Source: an uncultured Haliea sp. (GTDB lineage Bacteria > Pseudomonadota > Gammaproteobacteria > Pseudomonadales > Halieaceae). From it: DNA of 64,000 bases. The translations under genes and the position numbers were made by a program. The notes beneath the pieces were generated by a model. That model was not told where the DNA came from and made no database searches. It saw only the letters and a list, made by a program, of their open reading frames with translations. The stretch is taken from the NCBI GenBank assembly GCA_963977485.1, contig CAXBOW010000020.1, positions 151 to 64,150 of the forward strand. The letters run 5' to 3'. Positions 45,809 to 54,339 of the stretch are shown here, piece by piece. Each line of letters starts with the position of its first letter. The first letter of the stretch is position 1.

Positions 45809-47008
45809 CTAGCTGAGCTGACGGGCCTGGATACAGGTTTCCGATGCCAGAAAGGCGTCGATTTCGCTGCTGCTATAACCCGATTCCCGAAGTAATTCAC
45901 ACGTGTGTTGCCCCAACTCGGGTGCCGGGCTCAGTTCTTCGGTCTGCAGGTCTGCCCCAGGGAATTTTGGCATCGGAATATCTCCGAATGCCCCGTGCGC
46001 GACCATCGGCATCAGGTCAAGAAAGCGAACTTGCGGGTCCTGCTGCAACTCCTGATAAGTGTTCAAGGGGCCGCAGAGCACACCGGCATTGTTCAGGCGC
46101 TCAATCCACTCTGACCGGGATCGAAGGACGAACACACTCGCCAGCAACCGGTGAACCTCCTCGGCATGGGTCTGGCGCGACTCGTTATCAACAAAGCGAG
46201 GGTCTGTAGCCCACTCGGGATGCTCCACGGCCTGAGCAAGCGCAACGAACATGTCATTGCGCAGGCACACCACGGAAATCATTCCATCGCTGGTGGCAAA
46301 ATTACCCGAAGGCACGGTGACGTGTTTGTTCCTGGCTCCACCCTGCAAGTGGGACTCAATAATCGGCATGGCCTGAAACGCAGACGCCGCGCCCAGAAGA
46401 GACAGATCCAGATGACGCCCCTGCCCCGTTGCACTCTGTTCATGAATGGCAGCAGATAAAGCAAAACCGGCATAAAGGCCCGCGATCATGTCCACCGCCA
46501 GCATACCCACCCGCTTCGGGGTACCGTCCTCGGTTTCATTCATCATCGCCATACCGGTGGCGCCCTGCAGAATGCTGTCCGATCCCGGTCGTTTGGCGTG
46601 AGGCCCGGTACTGCCAAAACCCGAGATGGACCCGAGGATAATGCCCGGACGCAGTTGCTCCAGAACGGAATAGCCTACGCCCATCTTGTCCAGCACACCG
46701 GGGCGGAAGCTCTCAAGCACAATGTCGGAATCACGCACGAGCTGTTTGAGTATGTCTTTTCCTGCTTCTTTTCTGGCATCGACACAGATAGCCCGCTTGC
46801 CCCAGTTTGCCGACACACTGAGGGAACTGTGGCCGTCGCGGGCGACGCCCATTACCCGGCCCCAGTCGCCCTGGGGCGGCTCGACCTTCAGCACCGTCGC
46901 ACCCATCATTACCAGCATTTGCGCTGCGTAAGGACCCGCCAGACCCTGACTCATATCCAGTACACGAACCCCGCTAAAGGGTTTGAACTGCGTTAAACTG
47001 TCGCTCAT
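45809..47008 (-). CDS. Family III CoA-transferase (CaiB/BaiF family)
   Basis: Contains MSDSLTQFKPFSGVRVLDMSQGLAGPYAAQMLVMMGATVLKVEPPQGD. I chose ATG 47008. Confidence 0.9.
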   Translation of the reverse strand: MSDSLTQFKPFSGVRVLDMSQGLAGPYAAQMLVMMGATVLKVEPPQGDWGRVMGVARDGHSSLSVSANWGKRAICVDARKEAGKDILKQLVRDSDIVLESFRPGVLDKMGVGYSVLEQLRPGIILGSISGFGSTGPHAKRPGSDSILQGATGMAMMNETEDGTPKRVGMLAVDMIAGLYAGFALSAAIHEQSATGQGRHLDLSLLGAASAFQAMPIIESHLQGGARNKHVTVPSGNFATSDGMISVVCLRNDMFVALAQAVEHPEWATDPRFVDNESRQTHAEEVHRLLASVFVLRSRSEWIERLNNAGVLCGPLNTYQELQQDPQVRFLDLMPMVAHGAFGDIPMPKFPGADLQTEELSPAPELGQHTCELLRESGYSSSEIDAFLASETCIQARQLS

Positions 47009-47066
47009 CTGCACAACCACCCTGAAAAATGAAAATGCCGGCCCGGGGGCCGGCATCCTTCCTGCA

Positions 47067-48188
47067 TTAAAACGCCTTGTCGTAAATTTCGGTCTTCAAA
47101 AGCTCTGCATACTGCGCCTCGGACAGGGACTTGTCGGAAAGCAGCATTTCCCACTTCTCCAGATTTCTGGTGAAGCTCTCAACAATCTGCTCCGCATTCT
47201 CGACCCCGCGTCCAGTAGCGGTTTCAGCCGCCCGCTCAAGCTGCGACTGCATGAATTTCTCGCGTTGCTGTTTCATGGCATCGGATACTTCTACAAAGTT
47301 AACGCCCTTTTCCCTGGCCAACTTTTTGACTTCGTTTTCCTCGTCCTGGTAGGCATAGATAGTTCGAGCAAGGCCAATGGGCGCTGCATCAACCAGAGCC
47401 TGCTGGTCCTTATCACTCATATCCTGCCAGACAGACTCCCGGATATTCAGCAGTGAACCACCGAGGAAAGCGCCCATGGGCAACTCGACCACACTGCTGG
47501 CCACTTCGATCAGTGACAGAGACTTGAGCCAACTGGTAGCACCGATGACACAATCAAGCTGACTGCGCTCCATGGCTTCGTAGGATTCATTGTTAGGAAT
47601 GTTCACCGGCACGCCACTGATACTGGATACCCATTTGCCTATTTCCTCACCGGCCACCCGCATTCTTTTGCCTTCAGGTGCAAACCCAGAGGCAAACTCG
47701 TCCTTGCACATGGCCTGGTAAGGTGGTGTTGCGTAGCTGGCGAGAAATCTCACATTGTTACTTTCGTACTCTTCGAGGCACTGCGGACAATCATTCAGGA
47801 TGGTGTCCACCGATGCGGCGGTGGCCACGAGAGAGTTCTGATTCCAGAATGACAGGTCACTGATGGTGGTATTTGCGGGCACTGCTGTCGGAAAATAAAC
47901 GGTGACCAGAAAACCGCCGTCAATCATCCCGTCGGTGACAGCAGACAGCATGCCCTTACCGGATGCGGCAGCGCCGGACGGGAAGAATTTGAAATCAACG
48001 CTACCATCAGAACGCTCACGCGCTTCGTCGATAAACGTGGTGATTCCTTCACTGGTGGGGTGCTGGGGCGGCAGATAGCTCCCAAAGGTAAGGTCACGGG
48101 CAGCGGCACCGGATGAAACGGCCAGACCGGCGAGTAAAGTACAACCAAAAGCTGCAAAAATCAGACGGGATCTATTGTTGTTAGGCAT
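47067..48188 (-). CDS. dctP: TRAP transporter substrate-binding protein (DctP family)
   Basis: MPNNNRSRLIFAAFGCTLLAGLAVSSGAAA signal peptide. I chose ATG 48188. It is the first gene of the dctP-CoA-transferase-QOR-dctQM string. Confidence 0.8.
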   Translation of the reverse strand: MPNNNRSRLIFAAFGCTLLAGLAVSSGAAARDLTFGSYLPPQHPTSEGITTFIDEARERSDGSVDFKFFPSGAAASGKGMLSAVTDGMIDGGFLVTVYFPTAVPANTTISDLSFWNQNSLVATAASVDTILNDCPQCLEEYESNNVRFLASYATPPYQAMCKDEFASGFAPEGKRMRVAGEEIGKWVSSISGVPVNIPNNESYEAMERSQLDCVIGATSWLKSLSLIEVASSVVELPMGAFLGGSLLNIRESVWQDMSDKDQQALVDAAPIGLARTIYAYQDEENEVKKLAREKGVNFVEVSDAMKQQREKFMQSQLERAAETATGRGVENAEQIVESFTRNLEKWEMLLSDKSLSEAQYAELLKTEIYDKAF

Positions 48189-48238
48189 GAATACGTCTCC
48201 GAATAACTGGGTTGCACACAGGACCACAATACTTTATT

Positions 48239-48273
48239 GTTCGCTATGCGCACGGCATGTTCCCTCTGGGAAC
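48239..48273. promoter_or_regulatory. Two adjacent 15-bp dyads (candidate IclR operator) in the dctP / iclR divergent region
   Basis: GTTCGC-TAT-GCGCAC (48239-48253, arms 5/6 complementary) and GTTCCC-TCT-GGGAAC (48259-48273, arms 6/6). They are 20 bp apart start to start. Confidence 0.5.
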
Positions 48274-48333
48274 GGCATAAGAATAGTTACACTTTTTGAG
48301 CATTGTCAAAGAATCTTTCCAGGTATAGAAAAA

Positions 48334-49131
48334 ATGACTACCACCACTCATAACGACGAGAACACCATAGTGACGTCTTTTGCCAGGGGACTGGTCGTGA
48401 TCCGGGCCTTTGGTGAAAGAGCTTCACGACTGACTCTTTCGGATGTGGCAAGGCGCTCGGAAATCTCCCGAGCAAGCGCCCGCAGACTACTCCACACGCT
48501 GACGGCTCTGGGCTACGCCAATACCGATGGCAAGCATTTCTGGCTCACTCCCAAGATTCTGGATCTGGGCTTTTCTTACCTGTCCTCCATGGAAATCTGG
48601 TCGTTCGCACAGAGCCATATGGAAGAGCTGGTGCAGAAGGTTCAGGAGTCCTGCTCAATCGCGGTATTGCAAGGTCATGATATTTACTATGTGATGCGGG
48701 TTCCGACCCGGCGGCTGCTCAAAAGTACGTTAAACGTGGGCAGTACTCTGCCGGCTCACGTGGTCTCCCTTGGGCGCATTCAACTCGCGGACCTGTCCCC
48801 TGAAGATCTTGACCACTGCCTCAACACCCAGGAACTTATTCGCTACACTCGATTCACCATTACCGACAGGGAAGAGCTGAAACGGGTGATATTGGAGGAC
48901 GGCGCCAAGGGCTGGTCGATCGTAGACCGTGAGCTTGAGGAGGGTATGTACGGTATTTCTGTTCCCATCCGCAATCGCCACCACAAAGTCATTGCGGCGA
49001 TTAATCTGACCCTGCCTCCGAGCAAGGCAGCGGAACCGGGAATGCTGGACTACCTGCTGGATGAGTTGCAGCAGACCGCCAGCAGGATCAACATTGCTTT
49101 AAAAGCCAGAGAGCCCCTGAGCAAGCCGTGA
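48334..49131 (+). CDS. IclR-family transcriptional regulator (PcaR/PobR-like)
   Basis: MTTTTHNDENTIVTSFARGLVVIRAF..., LTLSDVARRSEISRASARRLLHTLTALGY (wHTH) and ELEEGMYGISVPI (effector domain). I chose ATG 48334 over the track start 48175, which overlaps dctP. Confidence 0.9.
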   Translation: MTTTTHNDENTIVTSFARGLVVIRAFGERASRLTLSDVARRSEISRASARRLLHTLTALGYANTDGKHFWLTPKILDLGFSYLSSMEIWSFAQSHMEELVQKVQESCSIAVLQGHDIYYVMRVPTRRLLKSTLNVGSTLPAHVVSLGRIQLADLSPEDLDHCLNTQELIRYTRFTITDREELKRVILEDGAKGWSIVDRELEEGMYGISVPIRNRHHKVIAAINLTLPPSKAAEPGMLDYLLDELQQTASRINIALKAREPLSKP

Positions 49132-49273
49132 AGCTTTTCATTCCTTGAACGGAAGGGTTTACAGAGCCATTCATAAACGGCATGCCTTTTATATAAAATA
49201 TGCTTTTCTCGGCTGACCTTTATCTTGTTACGGTGTCAGCCACAACCATGCTTTTGACAACTTCGAGAACTTC

Positions 49274-49954
49274 ATGACGACGCCAACAATGACACTGATC
49301 GACGCCATAACGACACGCCGCTCAGTAAGGGGGTTTCGCCCTGACCCGGTGAGTGATGATGTCCTGCAGGCGATCTTTGAACTGGCCAGAACAGCACCGT
49401 CCAACTGTAATACCCAACCCTGGACGTGCTATGTCGCCTCCGGTGCTTGCAAGGACCGACTGCGGGACCAGTTCCTGCAACGGCAGGAAGATCGCATTGC
49501 CGGCACTCCGGACTTCAGCTACGTATCCCAGTTTGAAGGTGAGTACCGTAAACGTCAGGTTGAGTGTGCCGTTGCCCTGTATAACGAAATGGGTATTGCC
49601 CGGGATGACAAACCTGGGCGCCTGCGGGCTGTACGACGCAATTTCGAGTTCTTCGACGCGCCTCATATCCTGTTCCTCGGCATGGACCGCAAGTTCGGCT
49701 CAACCATCGCTCTGGATGTCGGCATCTATGCCCAAACTCTGATGCTCGCGATGACTGCGTACGGAGTGGGTTCATGCGCCATGGGTAGCATGCGCGCGTA
49801 CCCGGATCTGGTGAGAGAGGCCTTCCAGCTTAACGAAGAGACCGGGATACTACTGGGCATCAGCTTTGGCTATGAAGATCCAGATGTGCAGGCCAACCGC
49901 ACCCGCACCTCGCGGGAACCGTTGTCTGACTCGGTGATTTTCAATAGCCAGTAG
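49274..49954 (+). CDS. Nitroreductase-family FMN oxidoreductase
   Basis: 226 aa with TRRSVRGFRPDPV, APSNCNTQPW and a typical nitroreductase fold length. Confidence 0.85.
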   Translation: MTTPTMTLIDAITTRRSVRGFRPDPVSDDVLQAIFELARTAPSNCNTQPWTCYVASGACKDRLRDQFLQRQEDRIAGTPDFSYVSQFEGEYRKRQVECAVALYNEMGIARDDKPGRLRAVRRNFEFFDAPHILFLGMDRKFGSTIALDVGIYAQTLMLAMTAYGVGSCAMGSMRAYPDLVREAFQLNEETGILLGISFGYEDPDVQANRTRTSREPLSDSVIFNSQ

Positions 49955-49964
49955 GGGCCGTTTA

Positions 49965-51344
49965 GTGGCTCGTACCCTGTCAACACTCTGCCTGCTGACT
50001 GCCTGTTTCTGTGCCATTGCCAGGGAGTTCAGCGACTGGTCGCTTTTTAGCCCACTAGCCGGTGGAGTCCTGATATTTTTCGCGCTTCTGCAATGGCCGG
50101 GCATTAACCTTACTTATCGCATTTTTGGCATTCTGGCTCCCTCTCTGGGGCTCGCACTTTGGGTCAGCAATGCCGTTTCTGCGGAGGTACTGGCGGATGC
50201 GGTAGACCGGGCAGCTTTTTTCACCCTGTTTCTGACCTCACTGGCAGTGCTTCGGGAGTCAGCCAAAACCTCCCAACTGGTGCGTCGTTGCGGAACGGTG
50301 CTGGTAAACCAGCCCCCGGGCCGTCGCTACCTGTTGATGTCTTTCGGCTCTCATCTGTTCAGTGTCATGCTGAATATTGGCGCACTGAATGTATTGGGCA
50401 CCATGGTGCGCCGTGCGATTCGGCCATCCGCCGATCCGGAAGCACAGCGCATCGGCGCCATCCGCCGCAAAAGAATGTTAACCGCCACCATCCGCGGGTT
50501 TTGCGGTGTGCCACTCTGGGCACCCACTTCCGTCACAATGCTACTGGTGCTGTCCGGCATTCCCGAACTGAGTTGGGAGCAGTACGCCCCGCTCGGGCTA
50601 CTCTGGACCCTGCTGTTCATTCTTTGGGGTTGGGCACTTGATCGTCTTACCTACAAACGCCCCAAGATGCATTCTGTCAATGGCGGCAACCTGGCCCACC
50701 TCATCCCCTTGGTGGGTCTGGTTGCCCTGATCCCCAGCCTCGCCTTCATCACTTCCCGGGCCACCGGTCTTTCGCTATTTTCGACCTTGCTGATGTGTGC
50801 ACCTATCATAGGCTTGGCCTGGATCTGGGTACAGTACAGAGGCAAGCCAACCCAGGTAAAAAGAGGCCTGCTACTCAGGCGTATGGCAAGATCCTTCCCC
50901 GAAACCTTCACCAATCAACGCAATGAGGTGGTGCTGTTCGCCTCTTCCGGATTTATCGGGGTGATATTGATTCCACTTATAGACCCGGTAGCGGCCAGCG
51001 AATTGCTGGCCCAGGCAAACATCAGCAATGCCACTTTGATGGTCGGCATTTCACTGATGATGCTGGCGTTTGCGTTCATCGGTATAAACGCAATTATAAC
51101 GGTGACTCTGATACTTGGTGCACTGCAGCAAATACCCGACCTCAATATCCAGCCAGAGGTCCAGGCTTCCGTCATTGCCATTACCTGGGCGGTTTTTGCA
51201 GGCGCTTCACCATTCACAGCTTCTTTACGTTTTATTTCCGGATTTTCCGGAGTCTCCCCATTACGTTTTGGTATTGAGTGGAACGGATGGTTCAGCACCA
51301 GCGTGCTGGCAATCATGTACCTCACACTTTACGTGGTGCTATAA
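49965..51344 (+). CDS. Uncharacterised polytopic membrane protein (putative permease), paralogue of 36815-38152
   Basis: 459 aa with a GTG start and AGGGG 8 nt upstream. Hydrophobic throughout; shared blocks are listed under 36815-38152. Confidence 0.75.
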   Translation: MARTLSTLCLLTACFCAIAREFSDWSLFSPLAGGVLIFFALLQWPGINLTYRIFGILAPSLGLALWVSNAVSAEVLADAVDRAAFFTLFLTSLAVLRESAKTSQLVRRCGTVLVNQPPGRRYLLMSFGSHLFSVMLNIGALNVLGTMVRRAIRPSADPEAQRIGAIRRKRMLTATIRGFCGVPLWAPTSVTMLLVLSGIPELSWEQYAPLGLLWTLLFILWGWALDRLTYKRPKMHSVNGGNLAHLIPLVGLVALIPSLAFITSRATGLSLFSTLLMCAPIIGLAWIWVQYRGKPTQVKRGLLLRRMARSFPETFTNQRNEVVLFASSGFIGVILIPLIDPVAASELLAQANISNATLMVGISLMMLAFAFIGINAIITVTLILGALQQIPDLNIQPEVQASVIAITWAVFAGASPFTASLRFISGFSGVSPLRFGIEWNGWFSTSVLAIMYLTLYVVL

Positions 51345-51383
51345 CGCGCCACTCCATATAGACATCAAGACAGGAACCTCACC

Positions 51384-52352
51384 ATGAGTTTACCGGACAC
51401 ACTGAAAAACAAACTAAACCTCCCGGTGCTGTGCTCGCCGATGTTCATCCTCTCCACTCCGAAGATGGTTATCGAGCAGTGCAAAGCCGGTGTTATTGGC
51501 TCATTCCCGGCTCTCAACGCTCGCCCTGCAGAAAAACTTGATGAGTGGCTGACCGAGATCGAAGAGGCTCTTGCAGCTTACCAGGCCGAAAACCCGAACC
51601 TGAAAGTCGCCCCCTTTGCAGTCAATCAGATTGCCCACCCCTCCAACGACCGCCTTGAACACGACATGCAGGTGTGTGTTAAGCACAAGGTTCCCATCAT
51701 CATCACCAGCCTGCAGGCCAATTCGATGATTATCGAGGCGGCCCACAGCTACGGCGGCCTGGTCTTCCATGACGTCACCAACATTCGCCATGCCAAGAAA
51801 GCCCTGAGCATGGGCGTCGACGGGTTGATTCTGGTGACCGCAGGCGCCGGCGGTCATGCCGGAACCCTAAACCCATTCGCGTTGCTATCGGAAGTCCGCC
51901 AGTTCTTTAATGGTCCGGTGATTCTCGGGGGCGCCATTACCAAGGGCAACCACATTCTCAGCGCTCAGGTCATGGGCGCGGACATGGCGTACATGGGCAC
52001 CCGTTTCATCGCCACGGATGAGGCCAACGCCGAACAGCCGTATAAGGATATGATTATCGAATCCTCGGCCTCCGATATCGTCTACTCCAATCTGTTTTCC
52101 GGCGTTCACGGCAATTATCTGCGAGGCAGTATCGAAAGAGCCGGCCTGGATCCCGAAAACCTGCCTGAGTCGGACAAATCGAAGATGAAGTTTGGATCCG
52201 ATGGCAGCAACAAAACCAAAGCCTGGAGGGACATCTGGGGCGCCGGTCAGGGCGTCGGCGGGATCACCCAGCAGAAATCTGTCGCCGACACAGTGGCCGA
52301 ACTGCGAGACGAGTACGAAACGGTAAAGCAGCAGGTCGCGATTGGCCTCTGA
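51384..52352 (+). CDS. NMO-family FMN oxidoreductase (paralogue of 12827-13801)
   Basis: 322 aa with LPVLCSPMF, KAGVIGSFPALN, TAGAGGHAG and YMGTRFIA. Confidence 0.85.
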   Translation: MSLPDTLKNKLNLPVLCSPMFILSTPKMVIEQCKAGVIGSFPALNARPAEKLDEWLTEIEEALAAYQAENPNLKVAPFAVNQIAHPSNDRLEHDMQVCVKHKVPIIITSLQANSMIIEAAHSYGGLVFHDVTNIRHAKKALSMGVDGLILVTAGAGGHAGTLNPFALLSEVRQFFNGPVILGGAITKGNHILSAQVMGADMAYMGTRFIATDEANAEQPYKDMIIESSASDIVYSNLFSGVHGNYLRGSIERAGLDPENLPESDKSKMKFGSDGSNKTKAWRDIWGAGQGVGGITQQKSVADTVAELRDEYETVKQQVAIGL

Positions 52353-52368
52353 AGCAACATCCAGACGT

Positions 52369-52394
52369 AAAAAAGGGCCTCATGGCCCTTTTTT
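52369..52394. terminator. Bidirectional rho-independent terminator between convergent genes
   Basis: AAAAAAGGGCC-tcat-GGCCCTTTTTT: a perfect stem flanked by an A-run and a T-run. Confidence 0.85.
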
Positions 52395-52423
52395 ATGAAC
52401 GTGCCCGGCACTTCACCACCCTG

Positions 52424-53206
52424 TCACGAGCGGCTGAAGTGTCCTACCCGTCTGCCACTGACCGCTGCCATACCTTCTTTATGGTCAGCGGTTTTGGCCA
52501 GCCAGACCTGTTCGGCAAACTCATGATCGAGTCGTGACTTCAGCTCATCTACCAATCCCTGGCGGAGAGTGGCCCGGGTAGACTCCACGGCCAGCGGCGC
52601 GCACTGGGCAATTTCAGAGGCGAGCGCCAGGGCTTCATCCCGAACTTTATCCGCCGCCACCAGTATATCCGCCAAACCATACTCCAGAGCCTCCTCTCCC
52701 TTGATCCGCCGACCGGTAAGTAGCATCAGCCGCGCCCGCTGCTGCCCTACCAGTCGCGGCAACACCAGGCTGATCCCGAACCCGGGATGGATACCAAGTT
52801 GGACGAAGTTCGCAGCAAAGCGCGTTTCCGGGCAGACAACCCGGAAGTCCGGCACCAGTGACAACCCGAACCCCCCTCCGATAGCTGCTCCGTGAATAGC
52901 GCCTACCACAGGCTTGCGACAGGCAAACAGCCTCGCAGCGGCCTTGTACAAAGTGATGGCGCTGTTATCTGACTCCGGGCTGAACAGGTCATTGCCGCTG
53001 GATGAAAAGTCGGCGCCCGCACAGAACGCCTTACCCCGAGCCGCCAGCACAATCGCACGGCAACGGTCATCTCCGTCGAGGGCCTCGAAAGTCTCAGCGA
53101 TATGCTCAATCAACGTCACATCAAAAAAGTTCAGTGGCGGGCGACAAATTTCCACCAACGCGACATGGTCATGCCACTCAACAACAACATCTTCAAATAT
53201 CTTCAC
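52424..53206 (-). CDS. Enoyl-CoA hydratase/isomerase (crotonase) family protein
   Basis: 260 aa with GKAFCAGADF and GAIHGAAIGGGFGLSL. Confidence 0.9.
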   Translation of the reverse strand: MKIFEDVVVEWHDHVALVEICRPPLNFFDVTLIEHIAETFEALDGDDRCRAIVLAARGKAFCAGADFSSSGNDLFSPESDNSAITLYKAAARLFACRKPVVGAIHGAAIGGGFGLSLVPDFRVVCPETRFAANFVQLGIHPGFGISLVLPRLVGQQRARLMLLTGRRIKGEEALEYGLADILVAADKVRDEALALASEIAQCAPLAVESTRATLRQGLVDELKSRLDHEFAEQVWLAKTADHKEGMAAVSGRRVGHFSRS

Positions 53207-53223
53207 GGGCTCTCCAGGTCATT

Positions 53224-54315
53224 TCAGGTTATAACAGCCCATGCGGAGCCTGCGGCCCCGCCAGCTTTACGGGCACAGATTTCGGACGCGACCTCCATTC
53301 CCAAACGCTCGGACCAGTAGAATTCAGAGCCAAACTCCTCACGCCAACTCCAGACCCTGCGGCTGTACTGCTGCAAAGGGTATTCAAAACTGAATCCCAT
53401 GGCACCATGCGCCTGGTGCGCATCCCGGGCTACCTTTCCTGTCGCCTCAGACGCCACGACCTTGGCTGTTGCCACGGATAGCAGTGAGCCACCGCCAAAG
53501 GGTTCCTGATGCACAGAAACCAACCTTACTGCCGCCTCCACAGCTGCGCCGGCTAGCGCACTTTCACCTGCAATATCAGCCACTTTGTGCTGAATTGCCT
53601 GAAACTTACCCAGCGGACGCCCAAATTGCTGGCGTCCTTTGACATAAGCAACGGTCAGTTCACCTATTTTTTCCAGCGCGCCTGCAATCTGGCAGGCACG
53701 GACCAAAGCACAGAACTGCTTCAGACCATCCAGAGTCATACCCTCTACCGCCCCCGACAATTGGCCGGGAATCGCCGATTTGAGTGTGATACGGGACCGA
53801 GCCTCACCAGCGAGGCTTTCCTGATGCTCCATCTCAATGGTAGACGGCGCAAACGTAGCAATCTTGACCACGCCTCTTTCTGCTACCGGCACAACCAGTG
53901 TCGCAGCCCCCGGCGCGCCTGAGGCCGCCTCTACCACTCCGTTGACTTTGCCCTGAAAGAGCTCAGGCAGTTCACCCCCGTCAAAACCCAGAGCTGCCCA
54001 GCGGTCGCTCACCGTAAGGCCACTTTCCGCCAGCAAAAGGTTAGCCACCAAAGTGTCGGCCAAGGGTACTGGCAAGGCAAATCCAGCAGCCTGCCGAATC
54101 AGGTTAAACCCAAGAGCCAGCGAACCACCAACACCACCCGCCGCTTCCGGCACCCAGGCCAGGGTCAAGCCTGAGTCAAGCACGGCTTGTCGTAGCCGTT
54201 CGGGCGTCTCACCAAGCTCTGCACCGTTAACAATGTCTGAGCCACACTGATCGGAGAACAGGCGATGCGCGGTATCAAGAATCAGTTGGTCAGTTTGTTC
54301 CATTTCAAATCCCAT
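53224..54315 (-). CDS. Acyl-CoA dehydrogenase-family protein with a degenerate middle domain (candidate non-catalytic partner subunit)
   Basis: 363 aa. The C-terminal ACAD helices are recognisable (GRQQFGRPLGKFQAIQHKVADI, AHQAHGAMGF), but I can find no (S/T)EPxxGSD block. GAGGGA lies 7 nt upstream of ATG 54315. Confidence 0.75.
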   Translation of the reverse strand: MGFEMEQTDQLILDTAHRLFSDQCGSDIVNGAELGETPERLRQAVLDSGLTLAWVPEAAGGVGGSLALGFNLIRQAAGFALPVPLADTLVANLLLAESGLTVSDRWAALGFDGGELPELFQGKVNGVVEAASGAPGAATLVVPVAERGVVKIATFAPSTIEMEHQESLAGEARSRITLKSAIPGQLSGAVEGMTLDGLKQFCALVRACQIAGALEKIGELTVAYVKGRQQFGRPLGKFQAIQHKVADIAGESALAGAAVEAAVRLVSVHQEPFGGGSLLSVATAKVVASEATGKVARDAHQAHGAMGFSFEYPLQQYSRRVWSWREEFGSEFYWSERLGMEVASEICARKAGGAAGSAWAVIT

Positions 54316-54339
54316 AATGAGTCCCTCGTGAGCCGCGCA

